Assembly (NCBI GenBank): GCA_043821645.1
Contig: JBDRCO010000068.1
Span: forward strand, 192,001-256,000
DNA length: 64,000 bases
Source of the DNA: Pseudomonadota bacterium
Lineage (GTDB): Bacteria; Myxococcota; JACRCW01; JAFGSX01
Direction: 5' to 3'
The translations under genes were made by a program, and so were the position numbers. Shown here one piece after another: positions 39,996 to 50,571 of this stretch; the stretch's first letter is position 1; every line of letters begins with the position of its first letter. Below the pieces are notes generated by a model, which saw only the letters and a list, made by a program, of their open reading frames with translations, was not told the DNA's origin and did not search any database.

Positions 39996-41555
39996 TCAGC
40001 GGCCGTACATCGCGACCTCCCCTGCTTGCGCGAAACCACCCACCTGCCGCCGCGGTAACCCTGCGGCGATCCAGTGCTCATCCGGTGCGATCGCCAGGGC
40101 CTCGCCAAATCCCTCGCTGGTCAGGGCGTCGGCGGGGAGCAGCTCACACAGCGGCCGCCAGCCCCCGCTCCTGTTCACGAACACCTGCAGGGGCATGGAG
40201 GCACCGTCGCGGCTGGTCAGAGAACCCACCAGCAGCGTGGTGCCGCTGCCGGCCAGGGTCTCGCCAAAGCGATCCTCGGCAACACGGGACGCAGCCTGGA
40301 TGGTGTCGACGTGGTTCAGGGCACTGCCCGTGTCCGAGTAGACCTCGACTCGACCTCGGCGACCGTCCGCTCCGGGCATGCCCACGGCCACGGCACCGTC
40401 GACAAAGGCGAGGGACTTGCCAAACTCGTCGCCGGCAACGGGCGTGCTCCAGGTCAGGCGCGTGGGTTCGCTCCAGGTGCTGCCACTGCGCCGGAACACG
40501 TAGATGGCCCCGCCCAGGCTCGCGCCCGGAACGTACTCGCCCGCCGCACCCACCACGCAGGTGGCGCCGTCGGTCGACAGGGCCAGGGCGCTGCCAAAGT
40601 TGCTGGCGTCGCCAGGGTTGGGTGTGAGCTGGTGTTTCACCTCGCTCCAGGTGCTGCCCGAGCGCTTGAAGAACCACACCGCCCCTGCATAGATGGCCTC
40701 ACCGCCATCGGCAAACGAACCAGGAGCCGAGGGCCCGCCCACCACCAGGTACAGACCATCCGCGCTCATGGCCACGGTCGAACCGAAGCCGTCGCCGTTG
40801 CTCGAGGTGGCCCTGGACAGCGGGCCCCGGTGGGTCCAGGACCCGGACACCTGCTCGAACAGATGCACATCGCCCGGCAGGTTGCTGTAGGTCGGGTCGC
40901 CCACCGCCAGCCAGGAGCCCCCGATGGCCACGGTGTAGCCGAACGAGGAGCCAGCAAGGGGAAGGCCGCCGGGTGTCAGGGCCTGCTGCTGGTGCCACTG
41001 CGTGCCGCTCACCAGCCTGTAGATCAGCGTGTCGCCCGCGGTGGACGAGCCCATGCGTGACATACCCACGACCAGGGTGTCCCCCGAGAAGGCCAGGGCA
41101 CTGCCAAAGTTATCGCCCTCGGCCGGTCTGGGATTGGGTAGCGACGGTGCCTCGGTGAAGATGCTCCCCAGATCGATGACGCTCTGATCGGCCAGACTGG
41201 CGTCGAGCCCACCCTGGTCTGGAGAGGGAGCATCCTGTCCCTGTTGCCCATGGTCCCGGATGGCCAGATCGTCACCGCTGACGGCATCGCCAGCCGCCGC
41301 GTCAGACGACCCGCCATCCAGGGAGGAGTGGTCCATCGTCGAAGCATCGGCGCTGGCGGTGTCCGCCACGCTGCGATCTGCCACCGCCGCGTCGGTGAAG
41401 CGCTCGGGCTGGCAGTAGCCGGTCAGGCAACGGTAGCCCTCGCCACAATTGCTGTCGTCGTCACAGGCCTGGCCATAGGGTGAGCGCTCGACCAGGGCAC
41501 AGCCCGAGGTCACGCCCAGCGAGAGAGTCAGGAAGATCACGCTGGGCTGTCTCAT
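39996..41555 (-). CDS. FG-GAP repeat (integrin-like propeller) lipoprotein
   Basis: TSGC lipobox; 4-Cys module; seven FG(S/Y/K/E)xxA repeats (DNFGSALA, SFGYTVA, GFGSTVA, NFGSALA, EFGKSLA, RFGETLA, GFGEALA). Confidence 0.9.
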   Translation of the reverse strand: MRQPSVIFLTLSLGVTSGCALVERSPYGQACDDDSNCGEGYRCLTGYCQPERFTDAAVADRSVADTASADASTMDHSSLDGGSSDAAAGDAVSGDDLAIRDHGQQGQDAPSPDQGGLDASLADQSVIDLGSIFTEAPSLPNPRPAEGDNFGSALAFSGDTLVVGMSRMGSSTAGDTLIYRLVSGTQWHQQQALTPGGLPLAGSSFGYTVAIGGSWLAVGDPTYSNLPGDVHLFEQVSGSWTHRGPLSRATSSNGDGFGSTVAMSADGLYLVVGGPSAPGSFADGGEAIYAGAVWFFKRSGSTWSEVKHQLTPNPGDASNFGSALALSTDGATCVVGAAGEYVPGASLGGAIYVFRRSGSTWSEPTRLTWSTPVAGDEFGKSLAFVDGAVAVGMPGADGRRGRVEVYSDTGSALNHVDTIQAASRVAEDRFGETLAGSGTTLLVGSLTSRDGASMPLQVFVNRSGGWRPLCELLPADALTSEGFGEALAIAPDEHWIAAGLPRRQVGGFAQAGEVAMYGR

Positions 41556-42460
41556 GGATTCACCTCGCTGCCCTCGTCGGGCCACATCAGGGTGCCGGCG
41601 ACCACCAGACCCGCGCCGAGCAGAGCGCTCGCCACCGCCCCACCGCTCCACAGCAGCAGCGAGGTGGTGAGGCCGTCGATATCATCCTGGGCGCTGGCCG
41701 CCTCGCGCACTGTCGAGGGGCCCTGCGCCTCGAGCGCCCGGACCTCCGTCGCATTCTGCTCGAGCGGTCGGTAGGCCACGGCATAGCCCACCGCACCGAG
41801 CACCACGCCGGTGATCAATCCGGCGCCACCCACGCTGACCAGGGCCAGGGGTACCAGCAGACTCGAGCCTCCAGTCTCCGGGTTGGACGTTGAGGCGGCT
41901 GACCGAGGCGTGGCGTCCGGCTGCGCCGCTGCAGCGACCCCGTCGCCGTGCGCCAGACCGGGCTCGTCGAGGAGCTCCGCCAGCTTGCCGGGCATCGCAG
42001 CGGGTAGGTCCTCGAGGCTGCGCAGGCGCAGGTCGACCCGGCGCACCGCGCGGACCTCGGCCGCGTCGAACAGACTGAGGTTGACCAGGGTCAGCTCGCC
42101 CAGGGTCCCCACGGAGCCGTACAGAACCTGGGCCGCACCCAGGGCACCTGCCACCTCGGCCAGGCAGCTGTTCTCCTCACAGCCCACAGCCTGCCTATCT
42201 GCCTGAAGCTCCAGCACCTGGCGCAGGTCCTCGCCGCCCACGACGTCGTAGCGCTTGGATCTTGTCAGCTCGAGCAGGATCAGGTCGCGGATGGTGCGGG
42301 TCGTACCCTCGTCGACGCCCTGGGCGCGCAGATCCATGAGCAGCAAACGTGGTCGCCCCGGCGCGTCCTCGGCCATGACTGGCACAGCCGCGAGCAAGGG
42401 CCACAGCAGCGCGACCAGTCCAGCGCATGCCGACACGGTACAGGCTCCACGAAGTTGCAC
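41552..42460 (-). CDS. Exported protein with CsgG/TolB-N/DUF2380-like domain and hydrophobic C-terminus
   Basis: GCEENSCLAEVAGALGA..VLYGSVG motif; two C-terminal hydrophobic segments; stop overlaps the ATG of the FG-GAP gene; start uncertain. Confidence 0.75.
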   Translation of the reverse strand: MQLRGACTVSACAGLVALLWPLLAAVPVMAEDAPGRPRLLLMDLRAQGVDEGTTRTIRDLILLELTRSKRYDVVGGEDLRQVLELQADRQAVGCEENSCLAEVAGALGAAQVLYGSVGTLGELTLVNLSLFDAAEVRAVRRVDLRLRSLEDLPAAMPGKLAELLDEPGLAHGDGVAAAAQPDATPRSAASTSNPETGGSSLLVPLALVSVGGAGLITGVVLGAVGYAVAYRPLEQNATEVRALEAQGPSTVREAASAQDDIDGLTTSLLLWSGGAVASALLGAGLVVAGTLMWPDEGSEVNP

Positions 42461-42644
42461 GGTATCCTCCCGCAGTGACGACCCATTGTAGCTCCCTCGG
42501 ATATCGTCAGACCACCTCGCTGCCAGAGAAGGTCTGCTCGCCGATAGCGTGCACGCTGCGCAGGCCGCAGTGACGTCGTCGCGGGCAAGGCGTGGAGGGA
42601 ACTCAGGGGAGCGGCAGGTGGGTCACGAACGAGAACTCAGCACA

Positions 42645-45095
42645 TCAGGGATGTCGACTGCCGCAGTCGACCGCGGTCTGGCCCGAGGGCGGATTGGCCG
42701 GGTCGCAGCTGTAGCCCAGCGCTGTCCAGTCCCAGCCGGCCGCGCTGTAGTGACAGTCGGTGCAACCCAGGGCTGCCGTCGACGGAGCCACCTCGTGGTT
42801 GATGCCCATCCACATCTCGGTGTAGGCCCAGTCCCACTGCGGCGAGCCACTCCCAGCGCTGACATGGCTGTAGGTGTCGCTCGGGCCAATCTGGCTGGCG
42901 TAGCGGGCACCCGCGGTGAGCGCGTTGGTCCAGTTGGTCTGCACCACGGCCGCATCGTAAGAACCCGCGGCCGGGATGGTGGCCCAGAAACCCCCGGGCC
43001 CGAACAGCTTGGGTGAGGACACCAGGTGGTTGGTGACGTCGACAGGCTGCCGGCCACGCATGACCTTGAAGGGATAGATCACCGCGTCCATGTCGTCGAT
43101 CGTCGCGGTGGGTCCACCGAGGTGAATGGGAGTCGTGGACGTGCCCATTCCGCTGGCGAAGCTGTCCGTCAGGGTCATGCGCTCAACCTGGCCGTTGTAC
43201 CAGGCATACTCGGGCCGCACGTCCTTGACCCACACGAAGTCACCCTTCATGGCGTCGTAATTGGTCACCGTCTGCCCGCTCACCGTGGTGGTCTCGACGC
43301 CATTGGTGCCGCGATCCCGGTTGCCGGCGGTGGACCAGTCCCAGTTCATCTTGGTCGGCTTCTGGCGCGCGAAGGCCGGGACGTGGCAGGTCTGGCAGGC
43401 CAGGTCGCGGGCGTGGTTGTTCTGGACGGCACTGCTGTGAGGCGCCTCGCCGTGGCAGTCACTGCAGTCCATGCGGCCCTCGCTGACGGGCAGGTGCACA
43501 CCGGCCCCTGTGATCTGGTGATTTTTCGCAACGTGGCAGTCCACACACACGAACTTGTAGTTCGAATTGCCCATGTGCACGTCGACGGTCTCGTCCGCAG
43601 GGTTCCCCAGTGCCGAATAGATGTCGCCCTTCTTGACGCTGTCGCCACCGCCTGCGCTGAAGTGGCAGCCGCCGCACGTCGCGCGGGTTGGACGCCCGAC
43701 GGTCTGCGCGGCCAGTGCCATGTCCACCGCGGGCGTGGTGCCGTCGTTGATGCCGTCCAGCGGGCCGCCGCCGGTGGTCGGGTCCTTCTTGTAGTTGGGC
43801 GAGTGGCAGACCAGGCAGTCGATGCTGCCCTCGTCGGTGAAGTCGAAGGTCTTGTCGACCCAGCCGTACCCGACGTGACACTGCGTACAGCGCTTCTCGT
43901 TGGACGGGATGGCCACGCAGAAGTTGTTGACCAGGTTCTTCTTGCCGATGCTGGTGCCGGTGGTGTGGCCAGCCAGCCCGGGGGTCGCCCCCTGCCAGTT
44001 CCAGTGGGCGGTCTTGAGCACATCCTGCCCCGCCTGGGCGTGGCAGCCCAGACACAGGGCGGTGACCTGCTTGCCACCGGCGATGTCCGCGGTGAAGGAC
44101 TGCTGCAGCTCGCTCAGGGTGGAGTGATCGAAGGCCGGGCGGTCGCCGAGCGGCCGACACACCTCGTTGCTCACATCGCAATACTGGTTGCTCATGCACG
44201 CATCGATGCACAGCGGTGCCCCGTGGGCATCGTCGCAGACCTGGCAGGCCACACAGCTCCCGCCGCAGGGATCCAGGGGCACGCATACGTCGCCGGCGCA
44301 GGTCGCGCCCTCGCCGCAGTTGTCGACACAGACCGGGCTCGCGCCCGCGCTGTCGCAGGTCTGGCAGGCGCTGCACGCAGGCGTACACACCGGAGCCGGA
44401 TCAGGCTTGCAGGCACCGCTCACGCAGCTCGTGCCACTGGCGCACAGGCTGACGCAGGCCGGGGCAGTACCGGAGGTATCGCACATCTGGCAGTCGCCGC
44501 AGGGTGCCGCAGCGCAGGGGTCCACCGGCGCACAGGCGTTGTTGACGCAGCTGGTGCCGGTGGCGCAGTTGTCGACGCAGGTCGGGGTGGAGGTGGAGGT
44601 ATCGCAGGTCTGGCAGGGCGAGCAGGCCGGGCTGCACGCGGGCGCCGGATCCGGCTCGCAGGCCCCGCTCTGGCAGCTGGTGCCCGTGCCGCACAGGTCG
44701 ACGCAGGCCGGGGTGGACAGCGAGGTGTCACACATCTGGCAGGCACCGCAGGCAGGGCTGCAGGTGGCCTCGGCCGGCTTGACGCACATGTTGTTCTGAC
44801 ACACCAGCTCGCTCGAGCACATGTCCGCGCAGACGGGGCTGGCACCCGAGGTGTCGCACACCTGGCAGTCGCCACAGGCAGGGCTGCAGCTCAGCTGCGC
44901 CGGTGCCTTGCACTCGCCCTGCTCGCAGGTGAGGCCAGAGCCGCACGCGGACGCGCACACCGGGGTGTCACCGGAGCTGTCGCACACCATGCAGGCATCC
45001 GCGTCGCAGGCCGGGTCGCACTGCGTGCCATCGCCACAAGCCGTGGCGGCGCCCACCAAAGAGAACACCAGAGCCAATCCCAACCACCTGTGCAT
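42645..45095 (-). CDS. Octaheme c-type cytochrome (tetrathionate reductase OTR family) lipoprotein with N-terminal Cys-rich repeats
   Basis: Eight CxxCH (CLGCH, CTQCH, CLVCH, CGGCH, CVDCH, CSDCH, CQTCH, CTDCH); HWNW, GKKNLVNNFC, CHVGYGW, TKMNWDWSTAG, INHEVAP; ATAC lipobox. Confidence 0.92.
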   Translation of the reverse strand: MHRWLGLALVFSLVGAATACGDGTQCDPACDADACMVCDSSGDTPVCASACGSGLTCEQGECKAPAQLSCSPACGDCQVCDTSGASPVCADMCSSELVCQNNMCVKPAEATCSPACGACQMCDTSLSTPACVDLCGTGTSCQSGACEPDPAPACSPACSPCQTCDTSTSTPTCVDNCATGTSCVNNACAPVDPCAAAPCGDCQMCDTSGTAPACVSLCASGTSCVSGACKPDPAPVCTPACSACQTCDSAGASPVCVDNCGEGATCAGDVCVPLDPCGGSCVACQVCDDAHGAPLCIDACMSNQYCDVSNEVCRPLGDRPAFDHSTLSELQQSFTADIAGGKQVTALCLGCHAQAGQDVLKTAHWNWQGATPGLAGHTTGTSIGKKNLVNNFCVAIPSNEKRCTQCHVGYGWVDKTFDFTDEGSIDCLVCHSPNYKKDPTTGGGPLDGINDGTTPAVDMALAAQTVGRPTRATCGGCHFSAGGGDSVKKGDIYSALGNPADETVDVHMGNSNYKFVCVDCHVAKNHQITGAGVHLPVSEGRMDCSDCHGEAPHSSAVQNNHARDLACQTCHVPAFARQKPTKMNWDWSTAGNRDRGTNGVETTTVSGQTVTNYDAMKGDFVWVKDVRPEYAWYNGQVERMTLTDSFASGMGTSTTPIHLGGPTATIDDMDAVIYPFKVMRGRQPVDVTNHLVSSPKLFGPGGFWATIPAAGSYDAAVVQTNWTNALTAGARYASQIGPSDTYSHVSAGSGSPQWDWAYTEMWMGINHEVAPSTAALGCTDCHYSAAGWDWTALGYSCDPANPPSGQTAVDCGSRHP
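44155..45022 (-). repeat. Seven tandem repeats of about 42 aa, 8 Cys each
   Basis: Consensus C.PAC..CQ.CDTS...P.C...C..G..C....C repeated 7 times between the lipobox and the first heme motif. Confidence 0.9.
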
Positions 45096-45156
45096 CGCTC
45101 GACCTCCTCAAGCCCCCGTAACGTTGAAAGCCGTGAACAGACGCCGCTGCAACAAG

Positions 45157-45171
45157 GCACGAAGCATGCCA
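45157..45171 (-). promoter_or_regulatory. Sigma54 -24/-12 promoter of the octaheme cytochrome gene
   Basis: Minus strand TGGCATG-CTTC-GTGC with GG and GC at canonical spacing; divergent bEBP gene adjacent. Confidence 0.7.
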
Positions 45172-45210
45172 TGCAACATCTTCCAGGGAGGTCGCGCTCA
45201 AACGTGGGGT

Positions 45211-45358
45211 AGAGTTAAATTACTAAGTTAAAATATGTGTTTAAGAATATATTACCGTACGATTGGGGGTTTTTCCGGTGCAACGCCGTTCGCCTGGATG
45301 GTGCAAATGCAACATTTAGTAGCAAGTGATGCGCAACAGTAGGTTGCAGATGGTGCAC
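45211..45358. promoter_or_regulatory. AT-rich (IHF-like) tract and candidate enhancer sites
   Basis: AT-rich tract 45211-45255; GATGGTGCA at 45297 and 45349; imperfect palindrome GTTGCA-N5-TGCAC at 45343-45358; several TGCAAC/GCAACA half-sites. Confidence 0.55.
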
Positions 45359-45429
45359 CAATGCCAATAAAGTCCCGGGAGCTGAGACCGATATTCAAAC
45401 GCCCCATCCGAGGCAGGCGGTGGCGACCC

Positions 45430-47250
<1,821 letters not shown>

Positions 47251-47259
<9 letters not shown>

Positions 47260-48183
47260 GACGGCAACCGCCTCGTCCAGTGTGATGCGATTCTTGCCCT
47301 GGCGCTTGCTCTGGTACATCAGCGTGTCAGCCCGCCGCAGCAAGGAGTCGACATCATCCTCGGCTCGGGCCATGGTTCCGCCCACCGAGACGGTGAGGCG
47401 AAGTGGTCCCCTGGCCGAGGACAGCTCGGACTGCGCGACCAGCATGCGTACTTTTTGCGCAACCCGGGACAGTGCACCCTCGTGCAGGTTGGCCAGGACG
47501 GCCACGAACTCCTCGCCCCCCCAGCGCGCCACCGTGTCGTGGCGGCGCAGGCTGTTGCTGATGGTGCGACTCACCATGCGCAGGGCCTCGTCACCCACGT
47601 CGTGGCCAAAGGCGTCATTGAGCGCCTTGAAGTCGTCGACATCGATGAACAGGACTCCGAAGCTGTAGCCATCCCGGGCCAGCTCGGAGAGCCGCGCGTT
47701 CAGGATCTGCTCCATCTGGCGACGGTTGGGCAGACCTGTGAGCACGTCGACCAGCGCCACCTCGCGCATCTCGGCCAGCGCCGAGCGCGTGGCCTCGGCG
47801 GACTCGTCCTCGACGAAGAGTTGCAGGATGTTGCCTGGCACCCCGCCCTCCCCCTGAAGTCTGACCGTGCGCACCCGCACCGGCACCCGGTAGCCATCCT
47901 TGTGTCGCAGATAGACACGCTGCACCGGTGACGCACCGGCGTCGCGTGCGATGGCGAAGGGGCAGCTCTCGCAGCTGCACAGACAGTTCCCGCTGTCGTC
48001 GACATGAATCAGCAGGCTGTTCGCGCAGGTCCTGCCCAGCACCTGGTCCGCGGAGAAGCCGGTGATGCGCTCGGCCGCTTCATTCCAGCCAATGATCCGC
48101 TGCACGTCATCGACCAGGTAAGCCCCTTCGAACAGGTGCTCGATGATGTGCAGGCCGGTCGTGAGCTTGGGGTCTTTGTTCAT
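47251..48183 (-). CDS. PAS-GGDEF diguanylate cyclase
   Basis: DVLTGLPNRR, DVDDFKALNDAFGHDVGD, RRHD (RxxD I-site), GGEEF. Confidence 0.95.
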
Positions 48184-48403
48184 GGCACCACAACAATGAC
48201 CGGTTCAGCGAGCCCGGCGATCGACGTCTTCCTGGTTTCCGACGCGGCAGACGTAACAGGATGTAGCCCGCGTGGGCAGGCATATCCATTGTATCTGGCG
48301 GGTGGAGTATGCACCCGCCTGAGCTGGGATGTACGGAGAGGTGTGCACAAAACGCCGGGGTGACCGCACCAGCCGGAACGCAGCGTGCTGTCCGGGTCAG
48401 GTC

Positions 48404-50104
48404 CTAGCTTCCACAGTATCCGTTGACGAAAGCCTTGTACTGCTGCGGCGCACCGGGCTTGAGCTTGAGCACCGCACTCAGCTCCTTGCAGGCGTCGTCC
48501 TTGCGTCCCAGACTGTAGTAGACCATGCCCAGCTTCTGGTGCACGTCGGGATCCCTGGGAGCCAGCTCCAGCGCCTTGAGATAGTGCTTGAGCGCCGTTT
48601 CGTGATCCCCGGCCCCGGAGCGCGCCGCGCCCTTGTCCATCAGCGACTTGAGCCTCGCCCGGTCTGCCACGTCGAGGCCACCGCCGGGCTCGACGGGATC
48701 TGTACCGGACTCTCCGGGATCTTTCACGGCATGCCCGGTGTCCGGATCGGGATCCGGGTCCGGCTCGGGGTCCTTGATCGCAAGCTGCACGCTCGCGTCT
48801 GGCACGACCTGGGCAGCCGTCGCCGCGTCGACCTTGGCAGCTGCCATGCTGGCGGCATCCGCGGTCCCGGCCACGGCCACAACGCCGGCGTCCGCCCCCT
48901 GGGGCGCATCGACCCCGTTGCCACGCAGTGCCAGGAACGCGCCGACGGCGATGATCGCGACGCCCACCGCAGCACCACCGATGGCGAAGAGCCGGCCGCG
49001 TCCGGCGCCGGCAGGTGCGTCGCTGCCCAGGGAATCGGCCCGACCGGCCACTGGTCCGGTGGTCCGCGGCGCCAGTTCGGCTCCCGCCTCGGTGGCCGCC
49101 GTGGCCGCGATCGGTGGCGCGGTGCGCACGGGGGCGCCATCCGCGCGCGCTGCGATGGGCGCCAGGGCCTCGGACAGCTCGAGCACGGTCTGGAAGCGCT
49201 CCTCGCGCTTCTTGACCATGCAACGCAAGATGATCGCCTCGAGCTCAGCGGAGATGTTGCGATCGGGATAGGCCTGTCGCGGCGGTACCGGTTTCTCGAC
49301 GATGTGCTTGGTCACGATGCCGATGGCGTTGTCCGCCTGGAACGGAAGCTGTGCTGTCACCAGCTGGTACATCATGACGCCCAGGGCGTAGATGTCGGTT
49401 CGCGGGTCCAGCTCCTCGCCCCGCGCCTGCTCGGGGGCCATGTACTCGGGGGTACCACACACCATGCCGGCAGCGGTGAGCGCGCGCGTCTCCTTGGCGC
49501 CGCCGCCGTCCTGGATCTTGGCAATGCCAAAGTCGAGCACCTTGACGAAGTCGCGCTGACCTCGCCTGTCCTCGACCATGATGTTCTCGGGTTTGAGGTC
49601 GCGATGGATCACGCCCTGGGCGTGAGCATCGGCCAGCGCCGAGCACACCTGCATCAGCACGTGCGCGATGCGGGACTCGGCGATGGGATCGTCCTGCTGC
49701 AGCATCGTGAACAGGTCGCGGCCACCCAGGAACTCCATGGCCATGAACAGGGTTCCGTCCTCGTCCTGGCCAAAGTCGATGATGCTGATGCTGTTGGGGT
49801 GGTTGAGCCGGCTGGCCGCTCGCGCCTCGCGGTGGAAGCGGTGCACCAGGGTCTCGTCGTTGGTGTAGTGCGGGTGCAGCACCTTGAGCACGACCGGCTT
49901 GTCGAGGGAGAGCTGCACGGCCTTGTAGACCTTGCCCATGCCGCCAACGCCCAGCAGCTTCTCGATGCGGAAATTGCGCGCGAAGATCCGCCCCAGCAAC
50001 GGGTCCGCGTCGCTGGCCTTGGTCTTGGGGATCAGACCACCGCAGAAGGTGCAGAACTTGGCGCCCTCGGCGACGTCGTTGTGGCAGGAGGGGCAGGTCG
50101 GCAT
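48404..50104 (-). CDS. Membrane Ser/Thr protein kinase with N-terminal zinc ribbon and C-terminal TPR
   Basis: GVGGMGKVY, VLK, HRDLKPEN, DFG, GTPEYMAPE; CPSC/CTFC; TM; DP-repeat linker; TPR. Confidence 0.95.
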   Translation of the reverse strand: MPTCPSCHNDVAEGAKFCTFCGGLIPKTKASDADPLLGRIFARNFRIEKLLGVGGMGKVYKAVQLSLDKPVVLKVLHPHYTNDETLVHRFHREARAASRLNHPNSISIIDFGQDEDGTLFMAMEFLGGRDLFTMLQQDDPIAESRIAHVLMQVCSALADAHAQGVIHRDLKPENIMVEDRRGQRDFVKVLDFGIAKIQDGGGAKETRALTAAGMVCGTPEYMAPEQARGEELDPRTDIYALGVMMYQLVTAQLPFQADNAIGIVTKHIVEKPVPPRQAYPDRNISAELEAIILRCMVKKREERFQTVLELSEALAPIAARADGAPVRTAPPIAATAATEAGAELAPRTTGPVAGRADSLGSDAPAGAGRGRLFAIGGAAVGVAIIAVGAFLALRGNGVDAPQGADAGVVAVAGTADAASMAAAKVDAATAAQVVPDASVQLAIKDPEPDPDPDPDTGHAVKDPGESGTDPVEPGGGLDVADRARLKSLMDKGAARSGAGDHETALKHYLKALELAPRDPDVHQKLGMVYYSLGRKDDACKELSAVLKLKPGAPQQYKAFVNGYCGS

Positions 50105-50262
50105 ACAGAATCCTCCGCGAGCCGTATGTTAGCGGGACCTTGGGACGACGCAAGGTGCTTTCTCCACCGATTGTGCAAGTGGATGCGTGCTGCCCCATCG
50201 AATCGGCCGTCTCGACACCAAACGAGCACGCGATTAGGATGCCAGGTATGCCGGGAGGTGCC

Positions 50263-50571
50263 GTGCACGACGACGATTTTCCAGAGTTGCGCGAGCTGCA
50301 GGCCATGCAGAAAAAGCGCCACCGCCAGGTCATCGCCGGGCTGCTGGCAGGCGGAGTGGCCTCCATGGCTGGCGGTCTGGCCATCTTCGGACTGGCCGGA
50401 GGTGAGAACCCCGCGCTCGGGGGTGGCGCGGTGGGCATCGTGCTCATCGGCGTAGGTGCGATCATGATCGGGCGAGCACTGGTCAGCGCGTTCACGGACA
50501 TCGACACCAGGGTCCGGGACGACCTGATCGCCCCGATCCTGCCCGACGACGGCGACGACGAAGCATCATGA
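50263..50571 (+). CDS. Small 2-TM membrane protein
   Basis: GGAGG then GTG at 50263; two Gly-rich hydrophobic helices; ATGA overlap with the kinase gene. Confidence 0.7.
   Translation: MHDDDFPELRELQAMQKKRHRQVIAGLLAGGVASMAGGLAIFGLAGGENPALGGGAVGIVLIGVGAIMIGRALVSAFTDIDTRVRDDLIAPILPDDGDDEAS

Noticed and set aside
44155-45022. Cys repeats as extra heme sites or as a CRISPR-like DNA array
   Set aside because: The motifs are CxxCD with no His. The repeats are in-frame, degenerate at the DNA level and have no repeat-spacer structure.
48184-48403. Hairpin GGCGGGTG-N7-CACCCGCC (48297-48319) upstream of the diguanylate cyclase as a c-di-GMP riboswitch
   Set aside because: I could not find the GEMM consensus elements. 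A lone hairpin with no U-tract is not enough to call a riboswitch or terminator.
48740-48775. Short GGATCC/GGGTCC-like tandem repeats
   Set aside because: They encode the DPEPDPDPDPD linker of the kinase, an ordinary low-complexity spacer.
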